Shown here piece after piece: positions 62,795-64,000 of a stretch of 64,000 nt of DNA. The notes below the pieces were generated by a model. The model ran no database searches. It saw only the letters and a program-made list of their open reading frames with translations, and was not told the origin of the DNA. The stretch is taken from assembly GCA_963743915.1 (NCBI GenBank), contig CAVURN010000002.1, forward strand, positions 512,001-576,000, read 5' to 3'. Both the position numbers and the translations under genes were made by a program. Numbering within the stretch: position 1 is the first letter of the stretch; each line of letters starts with the position of its first letter. Origin of the DNA: an uncultured Actinomycetota bacterium. GTDB taxonomy: Bacteria; Actinomycetota; Actinomycetes; JAHEKZ01.

Positions 62795-64000
62795 TCAGGA
62801 CGCGGTGAGCTCCCGTTCGGGTTCGTCCGCGTCCGTGCGCGGCGCGGTCGCGGCGAAGAACTGCACAGCGGCGAGGACGACCAGGAGTGCGATCCCGAGC
62901 CACAGCAGGGTGCCCGGCGTCGGTCGGTCGACCAGGAACACCAGGACGCCGAAGAGACCGGCCGCCCCGAGCTGAAGTCCCTTGCGGTGCGCGGCGACGA
63001 AGGCGCCGAAGGCGCCGGTGTCCCACCCCGTCCTGGCGCCACCCTGCGTGAACAGCGAGCCGGACAGTTCGCGCGTCCTCGTCGCCCACGCTGACGGCCC
63101 GGAGACCGCAGCGCCGAAGGCCAGCAGGAGTCCGAAGAAGAAGATCACCCGGATCCCGTTGCGCAGGAAACGAACCAGCGTGTCGAATACCGACTCCGCC
63201 GTCCCGAGGTCTGCGCCACCGGCCACGGCCGCGTCGAGGTAAGCCTCCCGCCCGAAGGCCAGGACCAGGCCGACCAGCAAGGCCCCGCCGGCCACCAGCA
63301 GCCCCGTCCACACGATGCCGCGCCTGCGGTCCTGCGACAGGAGGATCGCGCCCAGGAAGAACAGCAACGCAAGCCAAGGCAGCACGAAGGCGAGGGTCTT
63401 GAGAAGCTGTAGCGAGGACTTCAGGTCCTGCAGATAGCTGACGTCACCCACTGGCAGAGGGACGCTCGCATCGGTCGAGGGGATCTTTGCGGCGATGCCC
63501 ACACCCTGCTCGAGCAGCCGGCTCTTCACCGCGTCCAGGATGGGACCGAGCTCGAGGAGGAGCTGGCCATCGTCGGAGATGACGAGTACCTCGGACGTGT
63601 CGCCGTTGACGTAGGCCACGATCGCCTCGGACGCCTGACGATTCACCTCGCGCCACAACGTGTCGAACTGGTCGGTTTCGAGGGCTTTGACCACCAAGTC
63701 GTTGGTGGTGGACTCGACCTGGTTGGCGATCGGCCCGGCGGCGAAGGTCAGCTTCGGTGGGAGGTTGGCCGCGAGCTCAGCCTCCACATCGATCTGGGCG
63801 AAGATCGCGTCCGTGACTCGACCGGCAACGCTGTTGATGACGTTCGGGTCATCAGACAGGGGTGCCACGGTCTCGACGTAGCGGTCGGTGTCGAGCAGGG
63901 TGTTGCGTGACCACACGGCGAGCCCCGCGATGGGGACAAGGGCGAACCCAATGGCGAAGAGCACAACGACTGCCGTGGACCGGAGCCAGTGGTGACGGCC
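62795..64000 (-). CDS. Integral membrane protein (5' end outside window)
   Basis: W.RNTLLDTDRYVETVAPL..DP.V, FDTLW..NR; several TMs; frame open to window edge. Confidence 0.8.
   Translation of the reverse strand, partial: GRHHWLRSTAVVVLFAIGFALVPIAGLAVWSRNTLLDTDRYVETVAPLSDDPNVINSVAGRVTDAIFAQIDVEAELAANLPPKLTFAAGPIANQVESTTNDLVVKALETDQFDTLWREVNRQASEAIVAYVNGDTSEVLVISDDGQLLLELGPILDAVKSRLLEQGVGIAAKIPSTDASVPLPVGDVSYLQDLKSSLQLLKTLAFVLPWLALLFFLGAILLSQDRRRGIVWTGLLVAGGALLVGLVLAFGREAYLDAAVAGGADLGTAESVFDTLVRFLRNGIRVIFFFGLLLAFGAAVSGPSAWATRTRELSGSLFTQGGARTGWDTGAFGAFVAAHRKGLQLGAAGLFGVLVFLVDRPTPGTLLWLGIALLVVLAAVQFFAATAPRTDADEPERELTAS

Noticed and set aside
52172-64000. Genomic island or prophage
   Set aside because: No integrase, transposase, tRNA, phage genes or clear GC shift; looks like ordinary accessory metabolic genes.

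Overview
High-GC (~70%) actinobacterial chromosomal window, mostly core genes in the usual actinomycete order: DEDD/GIY-YIG nuclease, Lrp, trpD, ctaE-qcrCAB, an L,D-transpeptidase, ctaCDF, adenosine kinase, an IscA/ErpA protein, glycerate kinase, DUF3043, cobU/cobT/cobS, gcvT, pepA, lpdA, dlaT, lipBA, DUF4191, RDD and glnA, then an accessory block (52-64 kb). Many genes in the first ~44 kb, including essential ones, carry single-base indels, most likely long-read assembly errors. I saw no tRNA, rRNA, transposase, integrase or CRISPR array. The most interesting unit is a cobalamin-riboswitch operon (22.8-31.8 kb). It encodes two surface proteins resembling the separated alpha and beta domains of transcobalamin/intrinsic factor, an ECF transporter, a PhnP-like metallo-beta-lactamase phosphodiesterase fused to CobU, then cobT and cobS; this suggests a cobamide capture-and-remodelling system. 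Also notable: a NamH (Rv3818-like) homologue near an Rv3817-like phosphotransferase, a CsoR/CstR-type operator before a rhodanese lipoprotein, a mirror-image tandem repeat array, a degenerate kinase remnant and pervasive leaderless promoters. All family calls come from motif recognition by eye, not database searches.
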